Shown here: piece by piece, positions 62,826-64,000 of the stretch | How positions within the stretch are numbered: the first letter of the stretch is position 1 | How the letters are laid out: each line of letters opens with the position of its first letter | Assembly: GCA_045837725.1 (NCBI GenBank) | Contig: JBEWZL010000220.1 | Span: forward strand, 62,001-126,000 | Origin: Vermamoeba vermiformis | Taxonomy: Eukaryota | Length of the DNA stretch: 64,000 nt | Direction of reading: 5' to 3' | Made by a program: the position numbers and the translations under genes | The notes under the pieces: model-generated | Seen by the model: the letters and a program-made list of their open reading frames with translations, nothing else | The model's database searches: none | What the model was told of the DNA's origin: nothing

Positions 62826-64000
62826 TTAGTGGCTTTCGGCGGGTTTTTCCTCTTTAGGAGCCTCTACTACAGGAGCAGGGGCGAAGTAAGAAGACAAGGG
62901 CAAGATAGTGTGGACCTTTTCTTTAAACTCTTGCGCTTGTTTCTCGCCGAACTTGGATGCGATGAACTTGTGCACCTTAACCAAATCCTACAACGAAAAT
63001 ACATTAGTACGTCTTACGTCTTCAAGAATATAAGTTCATTAAGGTACCTTAATGTTGGCATAAGAAGCGCCAGTGAGATCGGTCAACAAGCTCAAAACTT
63101 TGTCTTTTTGGCTAGCTTGGAATTGCCAAATCATTTCAGCAGCTTTAATAATGCAATGTTAACAATTAATTTGGACTCATAAAATTAATAATTAAGCTCA
63201 GAATGGTGGATCTGGATAGCACGTACCAGCAACCCGCTTGGCGAGATCAGCTTTGTTGGCAGCCAAGTAATCATCATTAGCCTTGTTAGACTCAGCCTCG
63301 GTGCTCAAGTGATAGACCTCTTGGTTCTCAAGCTCGAACACTTTACGAGCAGTTTCAGACAGATCTGAGGGGTTGGTTCGGACTAGATAAGTACAATTAG
63401 TAACGATTCAGTAAGCGTGATACGACTATACATACCAGCAGTGAACAAGCGGATCTTGTTGGCATGAACAGTACCGTGAGTAGCGCCCAACAATTGCTCC
63501 AACTTCTTGAGAGATCTCAAGGCGAGCAAGTATTTCTCTGTTCGCGTGTAAGTACCGCAGCTATGAATGTTATTATATTACTTACTCATGCGAAGGTAGA
63601 CCTCGAAGGCAACAATGTGGGTCTTGACTTTTTGAGGTGACAAAGTGACCAATTGTTTCACGTACTTGTGCGCCTTGGCCAAAGGATTTTTCACCTGTCC
63701 AAAAGTGTCAGATTCCGTTGATTAAATACCACTTAGTGTCATATTTTACTTACGTTTTCCAGGGCCTTGCCCTCTGGATCAGGGTCGTAGATCTTAGCCC
63801 AACGCTTGCCACCGATTTGTTTGTACTTCTCACGGTCAGCTTTAGCCTTGGCACGTGCCTCTTTCTCAGCACGGCGTTGGTTCTTTCGCTTCCTGGCCAA
63901 AGCACGCTTCTTCTCGTCTTCAGGGAGACCAGCTGATTAAAATTAGAAGTGTGCTCGTGAATTGAATGACCGCAAGGCTTACCAAACTCAGGATCTTCCT
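62826..64000 (-). CDS. NAA15: NatA auxiliary subunit NAA15/NAA16, 3' part (5' end outside the window)
   Basis: Basic helix EKKRALARKRKNQRRAEKE, then DPDPEGKAL, PLAKAHKYV, THIVAFEVYLRM.KYLLAL, which match the NAA15 C-terminal region. Confidence 0.85.

Noticed and set aside
1-64000. tRNA, rRNA, transposase or U12-type intron signals
   Set aside because: None recognised by eye; tRNAscan-SE and a repeat search would be needed to exclude them formally.

Overview
This is gene-dense eukaryotic nuclear DNA with many short (~45-70 nt) GT-AG introns carrying CTRAC-like branch sites, and very short intergenic gaps. It most resembles a free-living amoebozoan protist (inference from a Dictyostelium-type DUSE promoter element, an amoebozoan-style receptor tyrosine kinase and an MrfA-like protein). 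About 27 protein genes can be spliced by hand, including USP12/46, RFC5, a Dispatched-like protein, F-box/JmjC, THOC2, isoQC, NAXE, NAA20, a PTP, PI4K-beta, PP2C, an SDR, HSP20, HPS5/TECPR2-like, an RTK, Hsp31/DJ-1 and a partial NAA15. Two ncRNA genes absent from the ORF track are present, U3 snoRNA and RNase MRP RNA, each with a TCCCAYAA element ~63 nt upstream. The most notable items are: (1) a MYRF/MrfA-like self-cleaving, tail-anchored protein (S74 chaperone domain, NLS, C-terminal TM) whose N-terminal domain is not recognisably NDT80; (2) strongly over-represented short palindromes (TGACA-NN-TGTCA, CTA(W)4TAG, TTCASTGAA, GCCTAATTAGG) in introns and exons, mostly in the first ~24 kb; (3) unusual architectures (BRCT-MLLE-RRM, a tandem pseudokinase, PH-C1-SPRY-F-box). 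Two T-depleted tracts near 60 kb and a few single-base frameshifts probably reflect sequence errors. All gene models and motif counts were made by eye, so exon boundaries are approximate.
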